A DNA stretch of 64,000 nucleotides from a virus: IMG/VR virus record IMGVR_UViG_3300042255_000018; one strand, 5' to 3'. Shown in pieces: positions 19,801-29,400 of the stretch. The notes under the pieces were generated by a model, which did no database searches, had not been told where the DNA came from, and saw only the letters and a program-made list of their open reading frames with translations. A program made the position numbers and the translations under genes. Position 1 is the stretch's first letter; the number at the start of each line of letters is the position of its first letter.

Positions 19801-22800
19801 ACTGACTTCGTGAAGTCCCTGGACATCAAGGATATCAACGAGCAGTTCAGGACGATGGCCGGTTGGATAGCTGAGATCGTCCAGCTGTTGGCCGCTGCCA
19901 AAGCCGGTATGTTCGCACTTGGTGCGGTCAACATGATCGGTACAGGGGTCAACGCAGCGGCCTCATACGGAGCCCTCGGTGCTGAGTGGCTGCGCGGCCG
20001 CAAGGCGTCCAAGAGTGGCAACCCGGTCCAACTGTACACAGGCCTGAAACAGCAAACTGACAACCGTATGCTGGCCGGCATGATCATGTCTGGTTCGGAG
20101 AGCCGAAAGTACACCCAGACGATCCCGGGTGCACTTGCCTCCACCGGTCAGATCGTGTCAAGCGTCACGCCTATAGGTGCCGGCAGAACGCTGTTGGCCA
20201 AAGGCCTGCAGTACGGGCTGCAAGGACTTTCGGTAGGCGCTGCAGGTTACGGCGCCTACAGCATGATGAATTCTGGCGGCGACTACCTGGAGAACAACTT
20301 TGGGCTTGGCCGTGAAGGTGTTGACTATGCGATGGAGAACCGCCTGTCCCGGTATCGGGACATGGAAGCGGATCAGCTGATTGCTGAGTACAACTCCATA
20401 CAGGGTGCACTGGAAACCACTGCTACTGCCTACGCGATGGCGCAAGAGGAACTGCACAAGCATCTTGCACTTGAGAACCTGGAGGAGGCAGACAAGGTTC
20501 GCTCCACAATGGAGCAGCAGACGCGGCAGGCTGAGGAGCTTGCTAGAGCACTGCAGGCGGCGGGCATAGCCAAAGAGGAGTCTGGGCTGTTCGGAAGCCA
20601 GGCCGAGGCCGAGATGGCTCTGGCATCAGCCGGCGCAGAATATCTGACGATGCAGGCCAGCTTCCAGAACCTCTCGAAACTGTTTGTAGAGGGCAAAATA
20701 AGCGCTGAGGCGCTGGAACAGGCCCAAGAGGGCGTCAGGGTCAAACAGGCTGAAGTTGCTAGGCTCGCAGAAACTGTAAATACCTACAAAGCCCAAACAA
20801 TCAAGCACGAGCAGGCACTTAAAGCCGCAAATGAAGACACCGCAAATAAGTCAGCGGAGGTAGTCCAGTCGTACCGTGACCAGAAGGCCGAACTGCTTGG
20901 GCAGGTCAGCCTTCAGGACAAGCTGAAAGCGGTTCGTGCAGAGCGCCTGCAGCTTGAGCAGGAGTACCTTGGAGAAGAACAGAAGGGCCTCAGCAACACC
21001 AACAACGCCAAGGAACGTGCACTCAAACTGCTGCAGCAGGAAGAACGAATCAAGGGCCAGATTGCTCAGCAGAACGACCGCGCCGTAAAGGACGAGCAGA
21101 GAGCGAACGAGCAAGCTGCCAAGTCCCTTGAGCAGACGCTGAAGCGCAAGGAAGCCCTGGAGTCCCAGTACGCCTCAATTGAGTACATCAACGCCGCATA
21201 CGAACGAGGCGTCCTACTGCTGGATGACGAGGAGTACCAGCGCGAACTGGCGATCAAGCAACAGGAACGCCAAATACGCCTGGCTGAAGAACAGCTCTCC
21301 GCTGCCATTGCTCTCGGCAAGGTCGGAGAGGATGGCATCGCTGACCTTGAGGACCGAGTTAAGGTAGAGAAGGAAATACTGATTCTGCTTGGCCGACAGA
21401 AGGTTGAACTGAGTGAAGCGAACCGCTTCGGCCAGCAGCAAGTAGCCTCCTTGGAATCCATGTACTCCACCATCGAGTCCGAAACCGTCGGTCTCCTGGA
21501 GCGTGGATTCAAAGACACCGAGAGCTTCTTCGATAGCATCGTAGGCTCATTCAAGCGAATGCTGGCCGAGCTGGCCTACCAAGCTGCTATCAAGCCGATC
21601 ATCGTCAACATGGTTGCCAGTGTCGGTGGCATGATGGGAATGGGGCCAGCAGCAAATAAATGGGCTGCTGACCAGGGTGTGACCGTTGGCGGCGGCATGG
21701 GCAACCTTGTCGATATGGGCAAGAATGCCTGGAACTTCTGGAAGGGCGGCGGTCAGGCCGACGTAAGCTGGTTCAACGATTTTGCTACCAGTGGGATGGG
21801 ACAGTCGTTAGGGCTAAGCACTGCAGGCACTACGACCATTGCAACCGCGCTTCCAGGAGGTGGGCAGGCCCTGTCATCAGCGTTACCAGGGGTTGAAGGG
21901 GCACTAATGTCTCCGGTGGCACCACCAGCTGGTTCGTTCCAGGCCATATCTGGGGGTAGTCAGGTAGTGTCCTCCACAGCGCCAGTCATGTCTGAAGGCG
22001 CATCCCTTTTCAGCCAAGGCCTCTCATATTCCCCGTGGGGTGCGTTGGGAGCGATAGGTGGGTCGTTACTTGGGGTTCAGGGCGCAGAGAACCCGTGGGT
22101 TAACACAGCCTTCACCACTGGCGGATCAATCCTTGGAGGCATGGCAGGCGCTGCTATCGCAGGGGGCTCTGGTGTGGCAGCCGGCGCTTCAGCTGGGTCC
22201 TGGGCCGGCCCAGTAGGAGCAGCTATCGGCGCGGTCCTGGGTATGGCTCTAGGCGGCTCGCTGTTTGGTGGTGACAAGTCCTATCGTATGAGAGGAAGCA
22301 TCTACACCTACGATGAGGCTGACAAGTCTCCGCACTACACCTACCACCCAACTGCGCCTGACAGTGAAGAAATAAACGCAGTGACTGCGTTTGGCAAGTC
22401 GTCTATCCATATAAACAAGTATGGAAAAGTGGAGGACTGGCAAGAGGCACTTGATGCGCTGGTATCCCTCGACGCCCTAATAGCCAGTGGTATGTCGGAA
22501 GCTGAAATTTCCGCAGCGAAAACATCCGTAGAAGGATTCGAACGTGGGGGACAGCGAGGCGATCAGGCTCGCATGGAGGAGTTCCTGTACGACAGGTACT
22601 CCATAATATCTGAAACGGCAAACCACCAACTGAGTAAGTTTGTTCAGCGTAACACGGATACCACCACTGACCTTGTGAAGTCTTTCTCCATACTTAACGC
22701 CCTGAGTAAGGACGGCACTCTGCCCAGTACCATGGGCGGGTTTGTGACCCTCAAGAAAGACACGGATGAGGGTCTGTTCGACTCCGTTGCCAGAAACGCT

Positions 22801-24984
22801 ACTCAGGCTGCGTTCTACCAGCAGGCTGAAGGGTTTTCTATCCCTGATATTTCAAACACCCTGACCGGTGCTTCAGTGGACTGGAGCGCCGGTATTTCAG
22901 AGGTGATTGGCCAGGCCCTGGTCCAGCCCGAAGGGCTGGAGGGTAGAGCCAAGGAGTTCGCTGATCTGTTCATCACAGCTGTGACAGCGGACTTGGAATA
23001 TGTCGCTGAGAGCGCCAATTACGACTTCTCAGGCGACTTGTCAGCGCAGCTGGATCAGATCATCGCTGACGCTATTGCAAGCCTGTCGTCAAAGGACGGC
23101 CTCTCAGCGCAGATTCTTGGCGAGTTTATCGGTCGAGACATATACGAAGCGTTCTCCCGAGGCAGTGAGACCCAACTGGAAACAGTCAACCGGGTTGTAG
23201 GCTCCTTCGACATGATTTCCTCCGCCTTCGACAAACTTGGCCTGGAAATCGAAGAGGTCGGATTAGACGCCCTTGGCCTGACCGAGCGCATGATTGAGCT
23301 TGCAGGCGGGTTCGATGTACTCGCTGCGAATCTGGATAGCTACTACCAGAGCTTCTACAGCGAGGAAGAACGGGCAGCCAATACAATGGCTGAATTGACT
23401 GGGGCTCTTGAAGACCTCGGCTACGAGATTCCAGGCACTCGGGCAGCATTCCGTAGTCTTGTAGAGGAGCTTGAACGCGCAGGGGATATTGAGGGCTTTA
23501 ACACCCTGATCGAGAATAACCAGTCCTACGCTGCGTACTACGCGCAGATGGAGCAGTGGACAGCCTCTTTGTTCGAGGCATACCGTAACACCATTGGGCG
23601 AGACCCGTCCGCGATGGAGCTGTACCGGTGGTTGGATAAGCTGAAGACGGGTGAAGCCCTGTTCAGCGATGTTGTGAAGTCCCTTGTTACTGGCCTCTCT
23701 GAAGCAACCGAGCACCTGACCCAGCAGGATATTGAAGCCTTCCAGAGCGGCGCACAGGACATCTACGACGCCTACCAGTACACACTTGAGGTAGCCCAGG
23801 AAGAACATGCTCTGGCCCTTGAGAGAATCGGCCAGGAAGAGAACCTGCTGAAATCCTTGCGGACTCTGATCGACAACCTGAAGCTCAGCGACATTTCCCC
23901 GCTGACGCCGGCAGAGCGACTGGCTGAGGCTCAGAGGCAGTATGCGTCCATCCTCACCGCCGTAGAAGGCGGAGACTTCTCAAGAGCCGGAGAGCTGGAT
24001 TCCGCTGCTCAGGCTTACCTTGGTGAGGCATCAAGCTACTACGCCTCATCAGGTGCATACGAGAGTATTTTCAACGACGTTCTTGGTTCGCTTGAGAGCT
24101 TGGAAAATCAGTACGGCCAAGAGACTGACTATGAGGCTCGAATTGAAGCTGCCAACAACGAGCTGCTGAACACCCAGATTCGGGCAGCTGAACTGCTGGA
24201 TGCTCAGTTCAAACAACTCGCTGCAAGTGTCGGCCTTGAAGGGGACATCCTATCTGCAATTCAACTGCTGCCACAGGACCTGGCAACTGGCATAGGCGAA
24301 GTGGTGCAGGCTATCGCTGCTGGGCAACAGTTGAACCTGGAAGGTATTTCGTCTGAGGTTATAGCAGCCTACCAGACGGTACTTGGAAGGAACCCAGATG
24401 AGCAAGGCGCCCAATACTGGCAGGGGCAACTGGGTTCCGGGGTATCCCTCGAAGAGATCGTGAAAGGGATGATCAACTCAGGAGAGTACCGTAGCGGAAC
24501 AGGTAACTCATACGAGGGATTAGCGCTCTCTGGTATCTCATCCGACGTTATAAGCGCCTACGTTGATCTTCTCGGCCGTGCCCCGGACGCCCAAGGCGCC
24601 TACTACTGGCAGTCACAGCTCGACTCTGGGGCATCCGTGCAAGATATGATCGCTGCCATGAAAGCCTCAGGTGAGTACAAGGCCAACGGCTCACACTTCG
24701 GCGGCATCGACTCGGTACCCTTCGACGGCTACAAGGCAATACTGCACCGAGGGGAGAAAGTGGTACCTGCTTCCCGCGCCAAAACTGACGCCAATTCGGC
24801 GTTGGTAGCTGAGGTCCGGACGCTGCGGGAAGAGGTGGCTCGCCTCCGCTCAGATCAAGAGCGCCACACCCAAAAGATCACCTATGCCTCCTACGACGCA
24901 GCGGACAGAAGCTCTGACAAGATCACCACTGCAGTTGACTCAGGCAAAACAAATACGACCAAGCACAAGGTAACTTTACGATGA
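16825..24984 (+). CDS. Tail tape measure protein (2719 aa)
   Basis: TP901-type core (FESQMDRVNAI...TVFTAREVSDGLMYLGMAG...GIKASRAGTAMR), Gly/Ala-rich TM region, C-terminal GYKAILHRGEKVVP motif. Confidence 0.92.
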   Translation: MAFVLDVALEGEQSIQQAIARIGKTLEDAGKEAQDLSIAAEKAVKVIGTDYAKAAANAGAATGSLVKGLEAEAKLLQETWQKTQKYNNVLRDQQKLQQLVHKSSKDYSTALEQQIMQMTHAGMRTAYLREAEMKLAEQHRKLQAEASLFNTTMAQTVRGMEAQLKAAKATEESDRKRTQRVKDLTAELKHLSTQEGKDALLLEHKIKLAKEAALAETKRKERIGALRSELRYLASEEGKKAESLALQVKRSKEAAVAEEQRKNRLKDLRAELRQLSTEEAKKAASLELAIKRQKELATADERRKNKLKDLRAEIRFLNSEAGKKTASEELTLKRTKELATQEQRRANRLKDLRAELRYLKSEQGQLAAELELSVKRQKELVTEEQRRKNRLKDLRAELKHLNSDEGKRALSIERQIKRQKELAGQEDARRNRIKDLRAELAYLNSAEGKRGAVLEQQLRGQRELVVEEEKRRQTLQKLRSEQAFLNSEAGRQQELLKAEIALKRQLIQEQVKQSSELAKARAARDQYNSATQRNIELARLELAEKKKADKAWAEEQLGIKKTTVAVNDHSDSIRKLKAEIQFLQTAQGKEYMELERQKRQLKQTRDELLKAGTATDRFKRSVRELTTAVNLSNQATAGFRAGLAGIGTSFGMFTSSTILFASAVYGVGSALKSSIQAGAEFESQMDRVNAIMDASGANTIRLTEEVRSLAENTVFTAREVSDGLMYLGMAGLKTEDALTALEPSLRLASIGMLDMGTTADIVTNIMVGMGLEAGQISEIVDDMATAITNSNMDVRQLGNAMSYVAPLAREADISLQEITASLEVLHNTGIKASRAGTAMRTSMLSLLAPTAEAMEVLQRYGIQVDDNSGRMRNWTELLTEMAGAQMTLSDIEAIVGKRQAAGLKAMIDSAKATDAAAEKAKKLGIEVGKSASELKVLTQQLHENAGAAKIMQSIMEDNLRGDWLKLQAAIEEKYLEFYDMNKEELRYLVQAATDFVKSLDIKDINEQFRTMAGWIAEIVQLLAAAKAGMFALGAVNMIGTGVNAAASYGALGAEWLRGRKASKSGNPVQLYTGLKQQTDNRMLAGMIMSGSESRKYTQTIPGALASTGQIVSSVTPIGAGRTLLAKGLQYGLQGLSVGAAGYGAYSMMNSGGDYLENNFGLGREGVDYAMENRLSRYRDMEADQLIAEYNSIQGALETTATAYAMAQEELHKHLALENLEEADKVRSTMEQQTRQAEELARALQAAGIAKEESGLFGSQAEAEMALASAGAEYLTMQASFQNLSKLFVEGKISAEALEQAQEGVRVKQAEVARLAETVNTYKAQTIKHEQALKAANEDTANKSAEVVQSYRDQKAELLGQVSLQDKLKAVRAERLQLEQEYLGEEQKGLSNTNNAKERALKLLQQEERIKGQIAQQNDRAVKDEQRANEQAAKSLEQTLKRKEALESQYASIEYINAAYERGVLLLDDEEYQRELAIKQQERQIRLAEEQLSAAIALGKVGEDGIADLEDRVKVEKEILILLGRQKVELSEANRFGQQQVASLESMYSTIESETVGLLERGFKDTESFFDSIVGSFKRMLAELAYQAAIKPIIVNMVASVGGMMGMGPAANKWAADQGVTVGGGMGNLVDMGKNAWNFWKGGGQADVSWFNDFATSGMGQSLGLSTAGTTTIATALPGGGQALSSALPGVEGALMSPVAPPAGSFQAISGGSQVVSSTAPVMSEGASLFSQGLSYSPWGALGAIGGSLLGVQGAENPWVNTAFTTGGSILGGMAGAAIAGGSGVAAGASAGSWAGPVGAAIGAVLGMALGGSLFGGDKSYRMRGSIYTYDEADKSPHYTYHPTAPDSEEINAVTAFGKSSIHINKYGKVEDWQEALDALVSLDALIASGMSEAEISAAKTSVEGFERGGQRGDQARMEEFLYDRYSIISETANHQLSKFVQRNTDTTTDLVKSFSILNALSKDGTLPSTMGGFVTLKKDTDEGLFDSVARNATQAAFYQQAEGFSIPDISNTLTGASVDWSAGISEVIGQALVQPEGLEGRAKEFADLFITAVTADLEYVAESANYDFSGDLSAQLDQIIADAIASLSSKDGLSAQILGEFIGRDIYEAFSRGSETQLETVNRVVGSFDMISSAFDKLGLEIEEVGLDALGLTERMIELAGGFDVLAANLDSYYQSFYSEEERAANTMAELTGALEDLGYEIPGTRAAFRSLVEELERAGDIEGFNTLIENNQSYAAYYAQMEQWTASLFEAYRNTIGRDPSAMELYRWLDKLKTGEALFSDVVKSLVTGLSEATEHLTQQDIEAFQSGAQDIYDAYQYTLEVAQEEHALALERIGQEENLLKSLRTLIDNLKLSDISPLTPAERLAEAQRQYASILTAVEGGDFSRAGELDSAAQAYLGEASSYYASSGAYESIFNDVLGSLESLENQYGQETDYEARIEAANNELLNTQIRAAELLDAQFKQLAASVGLEGDILSAIQLLPQDLATGIGEVVQAIAAGQQLNLEGISSEVIAAYQTVLGRNPDEQGAQYWQGQLGSGVSLEEIVKGMINSGEYRSGTGNSYEGLALSGISSDVISAYVDLLGRAPDAQGAYYWQSQLDSGASVQDMIAAMKASGEYKANGSHFGGIDSVPFDGYKAILHRGEKVVPASRAKTDANSALVAEVRTLREEVARLRSDQERHTQKITYASYDAADRSSDKITTAVDSGKTNTTKHKVTLR

Positions 24985-26435
24985 TCTACCCAGAACTCCT
25001 CGACTGGATCATGTCGGATGACTCATTACCTACATTGTTGGTGGAGGTACAGGTCACTGACGGAAATGGGGTCGATAGGACACTGTACCTTTCAACCAGT
25101 GGGTACGTTACGCACCCTACCGACACACCTGCCTCGGAGGTGTACCTGCCTTGTATTAACAAAATCGGCAGTGTGAAAGAAACCCTGTCGCTAACCGGTT
25201 CGCCAGCGCTTACCCCAGGTGACATAGAACTGAACAACAGTCAGTTGGACTTGGACCCGTTCCTAGATTATGTGTGGACCAACAGGCCAGTTAGCGTTTA
25301 CCTGGGCGATGTATCCTGGTCTCGCTCGCAGTTCAGGTTGGTGTTCTCAGGCGTAGTGGAAGATTTGAGCGTCAAAGGTCGATACGCCTTGAGTATCGAG
25401 TTGCGAAGCGTGTTGGACAGGTTGAACTACCCATTAAGTTCAGCAACCCTTGATGACGGAACACCGGTACCGCTTGCGTTCGGGGAAGTGAGCAACGTGA
25501 CGCCAGTCCTGAAAGACCCGGCGACACTGCTGTACAAGGTGCACACCAGGTCCATAGGGGGCATCGCTGAAGTTCGGGATTCTGGGGTTCCTGTTTCCTT
25601 CACCGTATCCGAAACAGATAACTCCGAGTTCACATTAGGTAACGCCCCTTTCGGAGCAATCACCTGCACGGTCCACGGCGACGCCGAGCCAGTGTACGCG
25701 GATGACGTAGCTTCTCTGGTGGAGCGAATAGCTACTGAGTTTGGAAACTCTGCAACCCGGCTACAGATGAGCGACATTGACACAGTTGCCATGAGCGCCT
25801 TTAAAGCGAGCAGCCCTCAATGCGTCGGGGCGTATGCAACTGGTACGGACAACACTCTAGCAACACTGCAAGCGCTGACATCGAGCTTGGGGGCCGGGGT
25901 GGTGGTGGACAAGTTTGGCAAACTGTCGATTGCAAAGTTGAACGACCCAACTGGCAACCCAGTGATGACGGTTACCGATTTCGACATCGAAGAAGGGTCT
26001 TTCTACAAAAGTGAAAGGCTCAAACCGATGCCTGTGCGCAAGCTGGCATACAACAGGAACTACACCCCTCAGAGTGACACAGCAGCCGGTATACCGGAGG
26101 CGCACAGAAAAGAATGGGCTGAGGAGTGGAAGTATGTAACAGCAGAGAATTCCATCGCTGCCGAACTTTACAGGATCACAGACCCAGCTGAGGATGAGTC
26201 AACCTACCTGCAAGTAAAGTCTGACGCCGAGGCAGAGGTGTCCAGGCGGCTGAGTATGTTCGACCGGCAGCGGTACATCGCTAAGTTTGAGGGCCTGCGA
26301 AAACTCTTACTGCTGGAGGTAGGCGACGAACTGCTACTGGACTTCAGTGAATTTGACTCCCCTGTACCATGTGTAGTTGTCGGGGTAGAGCCTAATTGGA
26401 TAGAAATGACGGTACAACTGGAGGTCCTGCTGTGA
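24981..26435 (+). CDS. Tail tip/baseplate hub-like protein
   Basis: Directly after TMP; PLAFGEVSNVTP motif. Confidence 0.65.
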   Translation: MIYPELLDWIMSDDSLPTLLVEVQVTDGNGVDRTLYLSTSGYVTHPTDTPASEVYLPCINKIGSVKETLSLTGSPALTPGDIELNNSQLDLDPFLDYVWTNRPVSVYLGDVSWSRSQFRLVFSGVVEDLSVKGRYALSIELRSVLDRLNYPLSSATLDDGTPVPLAFGEVSNVTPVLKDPATLLYKVHTRSIGGIAEVRDSGVPVSFTVSETDNSEFTLGNAPFGAITCTVHGDAEPVYADDVASLVERIATEFGNSATRLQMSDIDTVAMSAFKASSPQCVGAYATGTDNTLATLQALTSSLGAGVVVDKFGKLSIAKLNDPTGNPVMTVTDFDIEEGSFYKSERLKPMPVRKLAYNRNYTPQSDTAAGIPEAHRKEWAEEWKYVTAENSIAAELYRITDPAEDESTYLQVKSDAEAEVSRRLSMFDRQRYIAKFEGLRKLLLLEVGDELLLDFSEFDSPVPCVVVGVEPNWIEMTVQLEVLL

Positions 26436-29400
26436 CACTACCTGTGAAGAATACTCGTGGCGCAACTGTAATAGGGTCACAGGTTCGCCTGATGCCGGTG
26501 GGCCTGCCCGATAACGTGGTCTTACCCGGCCTGAAACGTCTTGAGCTTACCTCCGATCACCCGTTCTTCAGGTTCGACGAGTACGGTCAGTTCATACCAT
26601 TCGAGTATGATGAAATCACTGGTGACCCGCTGCCGGGGGTTATCAACGTCCTGGCAGAATTGGTGGCTATTACCGGGGAGGCTGTCTTCACCTGCAGCGA
26701 CCCGGCCGTAACCCTGAGCCCTATCTTGGACGAAGAATCTGAGGTGGAACCCAAACCGCAGGTTGGCGTTCAGGTCGCACTGAGCGACGTACTCAATGGG
26801 CCGTTGGGCATCACTGCCACTGTCGAGGACACCTCCACGTTCAAACCTACACCAGACATTGAGAATGAGGTGTTCACTGCTTCTATCGAAGTGAGCGCCC
26901 TGCGAGATGGCCGCACCCCGTTCTCAGTGAGAATTGATGAAGGCCAAGGCACCACGGTGTATCCGTCTTCTGGGCTGGATGCTAACCTGCCACCGCTTGA
27001 GTTTGCGGCTGAAGTTACTGGGTTGGACCCGGCAGTGACGGTGTACTACGCATGGTACGTAGACGGTGCCCTAGTGCAGCATACCGACTCAAACTTGCTC
27101 AGTGTTCCAACGCCAGAAGACGCCCAGGATTTCCCGTTTGCAGTGGTGGTTGAAATACGCCAAGGTGCGATGGATGCAGAGGTTCTTGGGTCGGACACTG
27201 CCTACCTGTCAAAGGTCATCTCAGCGTCATCTGGACTCACTGTTGGCATGAGCAATGAGTCCCACACTGTACCCTTCAGCGGAGGTGTGGCCGATTACAC
27301 TGGCTCTGGCACTACCATTGAAGTGTGGGAAGGCTCTGTAAAGCTATCAACTGGCTCAGTGGCCGGCACCTTCAACGTAGTCGCCACAGGCTCTGGACTC
27401 ACCGTAGGGGCCAAAACAACGACCGCTGATGCTATCACCTACGGCGACCACTCTGCGCTCTCAGGGGCGCGTGGGGAGGTCTTGTACGACATCACGGTTA
27501 CTCGTCTCGATGGCAGTCAACTGTTTCTCTCTCGGAAACAGTCCATCACTGCTGCTACCCAGGGCGAGACCCCTAAAACTGTTTCACTGTCAGGTACCAG
27601 GACGGCAGGTGTTTACCAGCCAGACGGCACTCAGCCAGACCCCAGCTATATCACCTTCACGGCGGCGGCTACCGGGGTCTCTGGCACGGTGTATTACCGT
27701 TGGCTGGTAAATGGGTCACAGGTTGCGCACTCGACATCCCGCTCTCGGTCTGTATTCCTGCCCTCCACCAAAACATCAGACAGCTTCACTGTAAAAGTGG
27801 AGGTCAGAGAAGGCAGCTCCTCAAATCCAGTAGTAGCTACTGACACTATAACAGTGCCACTGTTAAAGGACGGGGTTGATGGAGTAGGGTCTGATGGAAC
27901 TGATGGTACAGACGGGTCTGACGGTATCTCTGTAGCGCTGAGCAACGAGGCACATGTCCTGCCAACAACTGCAGCAGGTGTTGTTGACTACGTTGGCTCC
28001 GGCACCGACATCAGGGTATGGGAGGGATCGACCCCTCTAGTTTATGCAACCTCCGGTGCAGGTACTTTCTCTGTCACAGTCTCTGACACCAACGTGAATG
28101 TCGGCAGTGCGTCCACGGTGTCAAGCGTCATTCGGCGGTATGCAAACTGCTACAACATGACAGCGGATCGGGCGGTAGTCACGTTCACTATCGCGGTGAG
28201 ACCGTCTACAGGTGGCACCCTCTCATTCACCCGCTACCAATCGCTTGCGAAGTCTACAGCGGGTAAGAGTGCCACAGTGACGAATAACGGGAACGGGACT
28301 TACACCCTCACTGACGGTAGTGGTAACAGTGTGCTCATCAGCGATGGTGATCCAGGTACTCCGGCGCCTATACCAACGGTCACTGACAACGGCGATGGCA
28401 CCTACACTATTTCAAACGGCGCTGGGCAGACAGTTGTCCTAAGGGAACCAGTGAAGGGGGTGGACTACTTCGACGGCAACGATGGGTCGTTTAAGAGCTT
28501 CATCTTCAGAAAGTCAGCAACCAAACCAGCAACGCCCACCGGAGGGTCTTTCAACGGTTCAACGGAGTCCATACCTACCGGTTGGTACGACACCGCTGCG
28601 GGCACTGGCTATACGGAGAGCGACACCGTATGGGTGTCTGAGCGCAGGTACACTCACAACGGTACCTCCTGGACTTATTCAGCCTGGTCTTCCCCGGCTG
28701 AGTTCTACAAGAAAGGCGCAACCGGCGATAAGGGAGACACCGGGGACAAAGGAGACACCGGGGACAAAGGAGACACAGGGCCTAGAACAGCGTCATTCTT
28801 GATCTACTACCAATCTTCTGCGGCATCAGCACCGGCAGCGCCTTCTGTCAGCAGTGCGTCCTACAATTTCGCTACCGGTGTCCTGAGCGGAGTTTCCACT
28901 TCCTGGAAGACAACGCCTCCGGTGTTCCAAGCTGGTAACAGCAACAAATACTGGTACACCAATATCACTGTGACTGAGGCTACATACCAAGGCTCACAAG
29001 GGTTCCAAATCGGCACCGTTAAGCAGGGTATTGGGTTCTCAGGCTTGGTCACCTTCTCAGGGGAAACCCTGACGAACGGTACATCTTCGTTTACCTACAC
29101 CCAGATCGACGGTGGGTGGATAAAGACAGGGACGCTGGATGCTGACAGGGTGGACGCAGATGGGCTGTTCGCTAAGGACATAAACGCAACCGGCAGTTTG
29201 GCTTTGGGCACTGGATTCTGGGGCACTACTGGTGTCCAGCTGCAATACAATGGTGGCGCTATACGGGCGTTTATAGGTGACTCAGCTAACCATATAAAAT
29301 ACGAGGCCAACAAGCTGAGCATTAAGTCAGACAGCCTTACCCTGGACTCCAATGGAAACCTGTCGCTATCAGGTTCGTTGAAAACAAGTAACTCAGGTAA

